Shown here: piece by piece, positions 18,045 to 26,307 of the stretch
Layout of the letters: each line of letters begins with the position of its first letter
Position numbering within the stretch: position 1 is the stretch's first letter
Notes under the pieces: model-generated
What the model saw: the letters and a program-made list of their open reading frames with translations, nothing else
Told to the model about the DNA's origin: nothing
Database searches by the model: none
Translations under genes and position numbers: made by a program
Assembly (NCBI GenBank): GCA_002694465.1
Contig: NZMG01000030.1
Coordinates: 3,488 to 67,487 of the forward strand
Origin: Flavobacteriaceae bacterium
Lineage (GTDB): Bacteria > Bacteroidota > Bacteroidia > Flavobacteriales > Flavobacteriaceae
Direction of reading: 5' to 3'
DNA length: 64,000 nt

Positions 18045-18317
18045 ATGTTAAAATCGGTTGCACATAGCTTTTTTTCGCTTTTTTTCATCATAGCGTTGTT
18101 AGGACCTTCTGTTTTTCAGTTGTGTGCTAAAGATGTTGCTCCAATTGTTATAACTATTCAGGAGGAAGAGGCGAAAGAAAAAATATTTTCAATTACCGAT
18201 TACGTTTCTCATATTCATGTTTATGTTCCCAAAAAGGAATTAAATACTGCCTACGTTGAAAGGCGCTATATACACACTTCAGAAGTTTTTCTACCTCCCC
18301 CAGAACATATTAGTTAG
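18045..18317 (+). CDS. Small uORF ending in ...EVFLPPPEHIS upstream of SulP; probably leaderless
   Basis: 90 aa from ATG 18045 (the track uses TTG 18012); hydrophobic N-terminus, acidic middle, C-terminal PPP. Exact -7 TATTTTTG at 18032-18039 puts the TSS at about the ATG. Confidence 0.7.
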   Translation: MLKSVAHSFFSLFFIIALLGPSVFQLCAKDVAPIVITIQEEEAKEKIFSITDYVSHIHVYVPKKELNTAYVERRYIHTSEVFLPPPEHIS

Positions 18318-18391
18318 TTTTTCGATTTTTTAAAAAATTAATATAAAATCTGTTTGAAAAGTATTTTTTCAAACCACTAATCTATTATAAT

Positions 18392-19984
18392 ATGTTTAAA
18401 TCGTTACGAAATGACATACCAGCGAGTATTGTCGTATTTTTTGTAGCATTGCCGTTATGTTTAGGTATTGCCCTTGCCAGTGGAGCACCTTTATTTTCAG
18501 GTTTAATTGCTGGTATTGTAGGGGGGGTTATTGTTGGATCTTTAAGTGGGTCTAAAATTGGAGTTTCTGGTCCTGCGGCAGGATTAGCAGCCATTGTATT
18601 GACAGCCATAGGAACCTTAGGTGGGTTTCAAAATTTTTTGGTGGCTGTTGTATTGGCAGGTGTAATACAGCTTTTGTTTGGAATTTTAAAAGCTGGAATT
18701 ATTGCATATTACTTTCCTTCTTCTGTGATAAAGGGAATGCTAACAGGAATAGGAATTATTATTATATTAAAACAAATCCCCCATTTTTTTGGATATGATC
18801 CAAATCCAGAAGGAGATTTTGCTTTTTTTGAAGTTTCAGGAGATAATACTTTTTCAAGTCTTATTAAGACCATTAATAACATCATCCCCGGCTCTGCCTT
18901 AATTGGTATAGTTGGCTTAGGAATATTAATCCTGTGGGAAAAAGTGTTGTCTAAAAAAGGAAAGATATTTCAATTAGTTCAAGGACCCTTGGTAGCCGTG
19001 ATTGTGGGGATTGCGTTTTATGCACTTACAAAGTCTCATGATTCACTTTCCATTGCAGGATCACATTTGGTAAGTGTACCTGTTCCAGAGGATGCCGCCT
19101 CTTTTTTAGGACAATTTAGTTTTCCAAATTTTTCAGTCATTACCCAACAAGATATTTGGATTGTGGCATTTACTTTAGCTTTGGTAGCGAGTCTTGAAAC
19201 TCTGCTTTGTGTTGAAGCAACCGATAAACTTGACCCAAATAAAAACGTTACACCTACTAATAGGGAACTTTTCGCACAAGGGGCGGGAAATATTATTTCG
19301 GGATTAATTGGAGGGTTGCCTATTACACAAGTAATTGTGAGGAGTTCTGCTAACATCCAATCTGGAGGAAAGAGTAAAATGTCCACCATTATACATGGGT
19401 TTTTCCTATTAATTTCTATCATATTGATACCAAAATTGCTTAATATGATTCCCCTTTCTGTACTTGCAGCAATTTTACTTGTGGTTGGTTATAAATTGGC
19501 AAAACCGCAATTATTTAAAAAGATGTATGATTTAGGGTGGAAACAATTTGTACCTTTTACGGTAACAGTTTTGGGGATTATTTTTATTGATCTTTTATAT
19601 GGAATAGGATTAGGATTACTAGTAGGGATTGTTGTAATTCTTATTAAAAGTTATCAAAATTCCCATTTCCTGCATAAAGAGGATGTAAGTAATGGAGTCC
19701 AGAAATTGAAAATGACGTTAGCGGAGGAAGTGACCTTTTTTAACAAAGGAGCAATATTAAAGGAATTGGATAGAATCCCTAGTGATTCATATGTTGAGTT
19801 AGACGTAAGAAAAACTCGATATTTGGATAATGATATTATTGAAATATTAGATGATTTTGCGTATAAAGCTAAGGAAAGAAATATTACGATTAAGTTAATT
19901 TCTGAAAGAGGGACGGTTGTTAACCCTCCTAGTTATATTGAATTTTTTAAATTAAGACCAGTAACCGAACAATTTACAAACTAA
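18392..19984 (+). CDS. SulP family inorganic anion (probably bicarbonate) transporter
   Basis: ALPLCLGIALASGAP..SGLIAGIVGG, VSGPAAGL, NRELFAQGAGN, C-terminal STAS-like domain; directly upstream of a carbonic anhydrase. Confidence 0.93.
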   Translation: MFKSLRNDIPASIVVFFVALPLCLGIALASGAPLFSGLIAGIVGGVIVGSLSGSKIGVSGPAAGLAAIVLTAIGTLGGFQNFLVAVVLAGVIQLLFGILKAGIIAYYFPSSVIKGMLTGIGIIIILKQIPHFFGYDPNPEGDFAFFEVSGDNTFSSLIKTINNIIPGSALIGIVGLGILILWEKVLSKKGKIFQLVQGPLVAVIVGIAFYALTKSHDSLSIAGSHLVSVPVPEDAASFLGQFSFPNFSVITQQDIWIVAFTLALVASLETLLCVEATDKLDPNKNVTPTNRELFAQGAGNIISGLIGGLPITQVIVRSSANIQSGGKSKMSTIIHGFFLLISIILIPKLLNMIPLSVLAAILLVVGYKLAKPQLFKKMYDLGWKQFVPFTVTVLGIIFIDLLYGIGLGLLVGIVVILIKSYQNSHFLHKEDVSNGVQKLKMTLAEEVTFFNKGAILKELDRIPSDSYVELDVRKTRYLDNDIIEILDDFAYKAKERNITIKLISERGTVVNPPSYIEFFKLRPVTEQFTN

Positions 19985-19995
19985 AATAAAAGAGT

Positions 19996-20625
19996 ATGAA
20001 AGCACACACTAGAGAAACACAGGCTACAATGACGCCTCAAAAGTCATTACAATATTTAAAAGAAGGAAACGAACGATTTCAAAATAACTTAAAGGCAAAT
20101 AGAAACCTCTTAGAGCAAGTAAACGATACTAGCGATGGGCAATTTCCATTTGCAACCATTTTAAGCTGTATAGATTCTAGAGTTTCTGCAGAGTTAGTTT
20201 TTGACCAAGGATTAGGAGATATATTTAGCGTAAGGATTGCTGGAAATTTTGTGAATGAAGATATCTTAGGAAGCATGGAGTTTGCTTGCAAATTGGCTGG
20301 AACAAAGCTCATAGTTGTTTTAGGACATACCGCATGTGGCGCTGTAAAAGGGGCTTGCGACCATGCCGAAATGGGAAACCTTACAAAACTTATTCAGAAA
20401 ATAACGCCTGCAGTAAATGCTGTTACCGAGCCTAAAGATGAAAGTTTACGTAATTCGGCCAATGCTGAATTTGTGGATGCGGTTTCTGAAAAGAATGTTC
20501 AACTTACTATTGATCGAATACATGCAGAAAGTCCAATACTTTCCGAAATGGAGAAAAATGGTGAAATCATGATTATTGGAGCTATGTATGATATCAATAC
20601 TGGTGCAGTTACATTTTATGAATAA
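19996..20625 (+). CDS. Beta-class carbonic anhydrase
   Basis: GQFPFATILSCIDSRV, VRIAGN, VVLGHTACGAV Zn-ligand motifs. Confidence 0.95.
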   Translation: MKAHTRETQATMTPQKSLQYLKEGNERFQNNLKANRNLLEQVNDTSDGQFPFATILSCIDSRVSAELVFDQGLGDIFSVRIAGNFVNEDILGSMEFACKLAGTKLIVVLGHTACGAVKGACDHAEMGNLTKLIQKITPAVNAVTEPKDESLRNSANAEFVDAVSEKNVQLTIDRIHAESPILSEMEKNGEIMIIGAMYDINTGAVTFYE

Positions 20626-20642
20626 TTCTACCAAACTTGATT

Positions 20643-20673
20643 AAAAAAAAGGCTCCAAAGTGGAGCCTTTTTT
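20643..20673. terminator. Bidirectional terminator
   Basis: aaaaaaggctcca-aag-tggagcctttttt. Confidence 0.88.
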
Positions 20674-20692
20674 GTTGAGAACAAAATATAAA

Positions 20693-21892
20693 TTAGTTAC
20701 GAGTCCAACCCGCTTTCCAATTGTCATAATCTGCACCAGTTCCATTTCCATCACCAGAAATAAAATCTGCTTCAGTAAAGGTAAACTCAGTGTCATTTTT
20801 CATTTTAAGGATAACATCTGTAAAGGTGACGTTGGTAACACTTAAGTTGCCATTTAGAACACCCTGTCCAGTTGGATTATCTGCCATATCACCGTCAAGG
20901 TCAAAACCTTCTTCAAATCCTTGGATGACCATGTTAGTAAAAATACCTTGCGTACCAGCTCTTAGACGTACCGCTTCGTTTTCTGTGGCAGAACCTCTGC
21001 CAACTATTGTTACGTTGTTTACACTTGGTTTTGAAAAAAATAATGGGCTTGAGTTATTTCCGATATCGGTATTAAAACCATCGGCTTCAATTCCTTTGTC
21101 GTGAGAAACGCCGTGCTCAATATAAACATTAGTTAAAGTGCCAGTAAACCCTTCGGTCCAATCTACAGAATCATCTTGACATCCTATTACAGAAATATAA
21201 CTTGCATTTACAGTACCCCCGAAGAATTCTATACCATCATCTTTCCCTTCAAAAGCTTGGATATATTCTACAGTAGTTCCATTTCCAACTCCATAGAAAG
21301 AAAAACCGTTGTTTTCTGAAGACGCGTCAGCAGCACCACCAGAATACTCTACACGAACATATTTTATCACTCCTGAGTTATCACTTGCATCACTTCCTCC
21401 GTAAGGTAAACCTCCAATTTCTGAGGAAGAAGTAGCATCGCCACCTACGACAGAGTTAATGGGTGCTTTTCCCAGGATAATTAATCCTCCCCAATCACCA
21501 GCGTTTGGAGTAGCTTCGTTAGAAGTTAGCACAATGGGTTGAGACGAAGTACCTTCAGCCATAATTTTAGCACCTTGAGCAATAGCGATATATACGCCCG
21601 CTCCATTATTAGCTTTAATAATCGTTCCAGCTGGAATTGTTAGGGTAGTTCCGTTAGTCATGATTAATGCTTCTGTAAGCACATAATCTTTGTCTGCCTC
21701 CAAAGTAAAATCTTCAGTTTTTGTACCACCAATTTCTACTAGGTTACTAGTATCTGTACCACCAGAACCACCTTCGTTGTTTATGGTCGTGCTATTGTCT
21801 GTAATTACAATATCGGCAGTATCATCTGCTTGACAAGAAGCAAAAAGCAATGCGACAGTAGCAAGACTTAAAAAAAAATAATTAGTTTTCAT
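20693..21892 (-). CDS. Surface lipoprotein with predicted beta-helix-like repeats, co-transcribed with the TBDR
   Basis: Lipobox LLFAS-C, Gly/Ser linker, TLTIPAGTIIKA, GDWGGLIILG, YVRVEYSG, DDGIEFFGGT, DDSVDWTEG. Confidence 0.8.
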   Translation of the reverse strand: MKTNYFFLSLATVALLFASCQADDTADIVITDNSTTINNEGGSGGTDTSNLVEIGGTKTEDFTLEADKDYVLTEALIMTNGTTLTIPAGTIIKANNGAGVYIAIAQGAKIMAEGTSSQPIVLTSNEATPNAGDWGGLIILGKAPINSVVGGDATSSSEIGGLPYGGSDASDNSGVIKYVRVEYSGGAADASSENNGFSFYGVGNGTTVEYIQAFEGKDDGIEFFGGTVNASYISVIGCQDDSVDWTEGFTGTLTNVYIEHGVSHDKGIEADGFNTDIGNNSSPLFFSKPSVNNVTIVGRGSATENEAVRLRAGTQGIFTNMVIQGFEEGFDLDGDMADNPTGQGVLNGNLSVTNVTFTDVILKMKNDTEFTFTEADFISGDGNGTGADYDNWKAGWTRN

Positions 21893-21928
21893 TTGTTTAC
21901 GTATTAATTAAATTATTGTTTTCGGTTA

Positions 21929-24736
21929 TTAAAATTTGTATTTAAGTTGTAATGATAGATTTATTCCTTTCTTGTAAGAAGCAATTCCTTTTCCGTTTGG
22001 AGAGGTGACAAAAATGTCTCCTGTAGCGGTTTCTCTTATATATTCAATACTTGGGTCAAGTAAGTTAAATGCACTTGCGTTTACTTCTAAATTATCTCCT
22101 ATTTTGTTTTTGAAAACAAGATTTAGTGTGGGTACGCCTTTTTCAATAATATTTCCTAATTGTCCAGATCCTATTGCATCAATTCTATCACTGAAGTATG
22201 AAAATACTGCATTAAGAGTAGGTTTATAATTACCAAAAGTTGGACTATAGTTAATATCTGCATTTACAATTATGGGTGCTGCACCCTGAAGTTCTTCAGT
22301 TCTACCTTCTTCAAAAGTAGTGGTGAAAACTCCTTCTGAGCTTTTTAAATCTTGCTTGGTATATGTATAGGTAGCATTGAATCCAGCAGAGAGCTGCGCC
22401 TCTTGATTTTCATCTACTAAAATATTTTTTCTCACTTCAAGTTCAGCTCCAACCACCTCTGCCTTATCTCCTGTTCTAAAATAACGTTGTGTTCCAGTTG
22501 CGTCATTTGCAATCACTCGGTTAATAGGGTCATTAATTTGTTTTCCAAAAGCAGCAATTGAAAGCAATTCGCTTCTTCCAAAAAACCATTCGTATTTTAA
22601 ATCTACATTATAGATTTTTGAAAAAGAAGGGTCCGATAATAAGTCTTGGTTCCCTCCAACACGGTTAGAAACATCTTCATACACAAAGGGAGCTACTTCC
22701 TTAAACTCAGGGATAGAAACTGTTTGACTTGCAGAAAAACGTAAGTTTTGTTCATCGTTTAATGCATATCTTAAATTAAGACTTGGTAAGTAGAAATTTT
22801 CATACGATTTTCTAAAACCTGGATCGGTTTCGGTTAAGTTAATAACATCATATTTTATTGATTGGGTTAGAGACTCTGCTCTAAATCCAGGAACGATCAA
22901 AAATTTATCCCCTAAAGCAATTTCTGTATTAATATAGGCAGCGTGTACGTCTAGATTTCCAGTATAAGTGTTTTCGTTTAAACCTGGATAGTTAGTATTG
23001 TCGATTCCTCCTTCTGGGTAAATTGGGTTGAAAACAAAAGTGTTGTAAACAATCCCAAGGTTTTCTAAAGTAAATACATTATTGAAGTTGTTGACATCCA
23101 AAGCTGGAGTATTGGGCTCAATGATTTCGTAACCATAACGAATATTGTCGAAATAGCGCTCCTTGGTTCTTCCGTTGTATCCAAAGTTGAATTTTAGTTT
23201 TTCAGAAGCAGTATATTCTAAGTTAATACGACTATTTAATTCTTCATCTTCGATATTTTGAAAATAACGTTGATTATCGAAATTAATATTATTGAAAAAA
23301 GAAGGGTTTGTTGCTTCATCTGCGTCTAAGGCTAAATCATAGCGCTCAAGGGTAATACGTTTTCTGTCGGGTTGGCGAGCAAATACTTTATTGTAACCAA
23401 CACCCCAATCGACTTTAAATTTTTCATCGATTGAATGCGAACCAATAAGCTGGTTTACAAAAATCATATCTTGCTCAAATTGAACGTTCATTTGATAAAA
23501 CCCTTTATCGGTATCCAAAATAGCATCTCTGTTTCTTCCCCCACCATCAATACCAAAGTATCCAACTTCATCTGTGGCATCATTCACAAAAAGAGAGTTG
23601 AAACTTACCTTATGGTCACTATTGATTTTGTAAACCAAATTCATCATTCCGGTAGTGTTAGTACCATACTCATATTCCTGAGCCTTTGGAAAACTTTTCT
23701 TTTCCACAGTACTAAAATCTGTAGCTTCCCCTTCTCGATATTCAAAATTATTACTGAAAGACCCTGTAAAGAATAAGCTTAATCGAGAATCATTTTTAAA
23801 CTTAAAAGTAGTTCCTCCAGAAATAGCAGCACTTAAAGCAATAGGCTCATAGGCTGCTACTGGATCAACTCCGTGTGATAAAACAACTGCAAATGGGTTG
23901 TTGTCATAGCGGTTATAATATCCAAAAAAGCTTGTTCCTTCACTTTTTACAAAAGCTTTCCCAGAGGCTGTAGTGTTTATTCCTGAGCCTACCTGTACAT
24001 CGATATAAAACTTTCCAGCGTAATCTTTTGAAGTGATGTTTACGTTTCCTGCAGCAAAATCTCCATAAAATTGAGCGTCGTATGCTTTACTTACGGCAAC
24101 ATTTTGAATAATATCTGATGAGAATAGAGAAAGATTGATATTTTTTCTTTCAATATCATTTGATGGGAGAGATAAGTTGTTGTAAGTAGTATTTTGATAG
24201 CGATCTCCAAGACCCCTTACATACACATTTCCACCACCTTCTTGTTTTGAAACTCCAGAGATTTTAGCAACCGCTCCAGCGGCATCATTTACTCCTTTTC
24301 TAGATAATTCTTCTGCTCCAATACTTTGTTTAATGGTTGTAGCATTTTTTTGTTCAAGGAGTAAAGCAACTTCACTTTCTCTTTTGGTAGTTGTTTTAAT
24401 AACTACTTCATCTAATGTTGCAGCACTGGCCCCCATTGGGACATTTATGGTGGTTACCTTATTTGCTTCTATGACTACATTATTTATATCTACTGTTTCA
24501 TACCCTACAAAACTATAGGATACAGTATAAGTACCTACTTTCAAATTTTCCAATCTATATAAACCGTCAATGTCCGAGGTTGTTCCTGTTGTAGTGCCTT
24601 TAATGATTATATTTGCAAAAGGTAGCGGTTCGTTACTATATTCTTTGTCGGTTAATTTTCCAACCAAAGTACCTGTCTCTTGTGCAAAAGTTGAAGCTGT
24701 AAAAACTAAAACTAGAATTGTAAAAAGTTTCTTCAT
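21929..24736 (-). CDS. TonB-dependent receptor (N-terminal carboxypeptidase-regulatory-like domain, plug, barrel)
   Basis: EPLPFANIIIKGT, LDEVVI TonB-box-like segment, YVRGLGDRYQNT plug motif, C-terminal YKF. Start probably MKKLFT (24736). Confidence 0.92.
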   Translation of the reverse strand: MKKLFTILVLVFTASTFAQETGTLVGKLTDKEYSNEPLPFANIIIKGTTTGTTSDIDGLYRLENLKVGTYTVSYSFVGYETVDINNVVIEANKVTTINVPMGASAATLDEVVIKTTTKRESEVALLLEQKNATTIKQSIGAEELSRKGVNDAAGAVAKISGVSKQEGGGNVYVRGLGDRYQNTTYNNLSLPSNDIERKNINLSLFSSDIIQNVAVSKAYDAQFYGDFAAGNVNITSKDYAGKFYIDVQVGSGINTTASGKAFVKSEGTSFFGYYNRYDNNPFAVVLSHGVDPVAAYEPIALSAAISGGTTFKFKNDSRLSLFFTGSFSNNFEYREGEATDFSTVEKKSFPKAQEYEYGTNTTGMMNLVYKINSDHKVSFNSLFVNDATDEVGYFGIDGGGRNRDAILDTDKGFYQMNVQFEQDMIFVNQLIGSHSIDEKFKVDWGVGYNKVFARQPDRKRITLERYDLALDADEATNPSFFNNINFDNQRYFQNIEDEELNSRINLEYTASEKLKFNFGYNGRTKERYFDNIRYGYEIIEPNTPALDVNNFNNVFTLENLGIVYNTFVFNPIYPEGGIDNTNYPGLNENTYTGNLDVHAAYINTEIALGDKFLIVPGFRAESLTQSIKYDVINLTETDPGFRKSYENFYLPSLNLRYALNDEQNLRFSASQTVSIPEFKEVAPFVYEDVSNRVGGNQDLLSDPSFSKIYNVDLKYEWFFGRSELLSIAAFGKQINDPINRVIANDATGTQRYFRTGDKAEVVGAELEVRKNILVDENQEAQLSAGFNATYTYTKQDLKSSEGVFTTTFEEGRTEELQGAAPIIVNADINYSPTFGNYKPTLNAVFSYFSDRIDAIGSGQLGNIIEKGVPTLNLVFKNKIGDNLEVNASAFNLLDPSIEYIRETATGDIFVTSPNGKGIASYKKGINLSLQLKYKF

Positions 24737-24757
24737 TATCTTGATTAATTTCACGTG

Positions 24758-24835
24758 GCAAAGATGACCCTGTTATGTAAAGTTGATGTTAATCTAAAAT
24801 TATGATTAAGTCATTTCAAGGTTATCTAAATGTTA
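24758..24835 (-). promoter_or_regulatory. TBDR promoter with six 11-bp-phased half-sites
   Basis: Plus-strand TGTAA 24776, TGTTA 24787, AATTA 24798, AGTCA 24809, GGTTA 24820, TGTTA 24831, at offsets 18-73 from GCAAA at 24758. Confidence 0.6.
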
Positions 24836-24894
24836 AATAGTTAACCTTAAAAAAATGATTGAATTAAGTATCTTGCATCTTCAATATTTTAAGT

Positions 24895-26226
24895 ATGATG
24901 CAATGGGAAAAACTCCTTTCTTTAAAAAGACAAGGAGATACCAATAAACGATTACGAATAGAACAAGACGAAACTCGATTGGGTTTTGAAGTAGATTATG
25001 ACAGAATTATTTTTTCTTCAGCATTTAGAAGTCTCCAAGATAAAACACAAGTAATTCCCCTATCAAAAACTTCGTTTGTTCATACTCGTTTAACACATAG
25101 TTTAGAGGTTTCTGTAGTTGGGCGTTCTTTGGGAAGAGCTGTTGGAAAAGCGATTTTAGAAAAGCACCCATTTTTGGAAAAAACCCATGGGTATCGTTTT
25201 AATGATTTTGGAGCTATAGTAGCGGCAGCATCCTTGGCGCACGATATAGGAAACCCACCCTTTGGTCATTCTGGGGAAAAAGCAATTGGCAATTATTTTT
25301 TAAACGGAAATGGAAGCAGATTCAAAAAAGAATTAACAGATAAGCAATTTCAAGATTTAGTGGATTTTGAAGGGAATGCAAATGGCTTCAAAATTTTAAC
25401 TGAAACTAAAGATGGAGTTGAAGGTGGGTTACGCCTATCTTATGCAACTCTTGGTGCTTTTATGAAATACCCAAAAGAATCACTCCCCAAAAAACCAACC
25501 ACGCATATAGCCGATAAAAAGTATGGTGTTTTCCAGAGTGAAATTTCCTTTTTTAATGAAGTTGCCGATGAGTTAGGATTAATAAAAAAACTAGACAATA
25601 GATATAGTAGGCATCCCTTAACCTATCTGGTTGAAGCGGCAGATGATATTTGCTACACACTAATTGATTTTGAAGACGGAATAAATTTAGGATTAATTGA
25701 AGAAGAATTCGCTTTAGAATATCTAGTAAATCTTGTAAAAGATACAATTCAGAAAAAGAAATATACTAAGTTAACCCAGGCTTCAGATAGGCTTGCTTAT
25801 TTGCGATCATTAGCAATAAACACTTTAATTGAAGAAGCTGTTTCAGTATTTATTAATAATGAAGAAAAAATTTTAAATGGAGAATTTGGTAATTCTCTTT
25901 TAGACCACTGTAAATACACTCCACAAATAGAGGATATTATTAAAGTGAGCGTTGAAAAAGTTTATAAAAGTCAGGAAGTTATTGAAAAAGAGATTGCAGG
26001 GTATAAAATACTAACAACACTTTTGGATGGGTATACCCAAGCTATTGAAAGAAAACAAAATAACCAGCTTAGACATTACGATAAGCTACTACTCTCTGCT
26101 TCGCAACTAAATATGGACACTAAAGATAGTACTTATAATTATCTCATGACTTGTTGCAATTATATTTCAAAGCTTACAGATGGTAATGCATTATTACTTT
26201 TCCAAAAGATGAATGGAAAAATATAA
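24895..26226 (+). CDS. dgt: dGTP triphosphohydrolase (HD family)
   Basis: FRSLQDKTQV, HTRLTHSLEV, LAHDIGNPPFGHSGE, FEGNAN, EAADDICY. Confidence 0.93.
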   Translation: MMQWEKLLSLKRQGDTNKRLRIEQDETRLGFEVDYDRIIFSSAFRSLQDKTQVIPLSKTSFVHTRLTHSLEVSVVGRSLGRAVGKAILEKHPFLEKTHGYRFNDFGAIVAAASLAHDIGNPPFGHSGEKAIGNYFLNGNGSRFKKELTDKQFQDLVDFEGNANGFKILTETKDGVEGGLRLSYATLGAFMKYPKESLPKKPTTHIADKKYGVFQSEISFFNEVADELGLIKKLDNRYSRHPLTYLVEAADDICYTLIDFEDGINLGLIEEEFALEYLVNLVKDTIQKKKYTKLTQASDRLAYLRSLAINTLIEEAVSVFINNEEKILNGEFGNSLLDHCKYTPQIEDIIKVSVEKVYKSQEVIEKEIAGYKILTTLLDGYTQAIERKQNNQLRHYDKLLLSASQLNMDTKDSTYNYLMTCCNYISKLTDGNALLLFQKMNGKI

Positions 26227-26307
26227 ACTTCTAAAATATAAAGTAGTGAGTTTTCAGAAATTTCTATTATATTTAGCTTCCTTAATTTTTTAACTAAAAA
26301 CTAAACT

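Noticed and set aside
2640-26226. dCMP deaminase and dGTPase as anti-phage dNTP-depletion defence
   Set aside because: The deaminase is the short single-domain housekeeping type with no kinase domain, both genes sit in ordinary core-gene contexts 22 kb apart, and there are no defence or mobility genes nearby.
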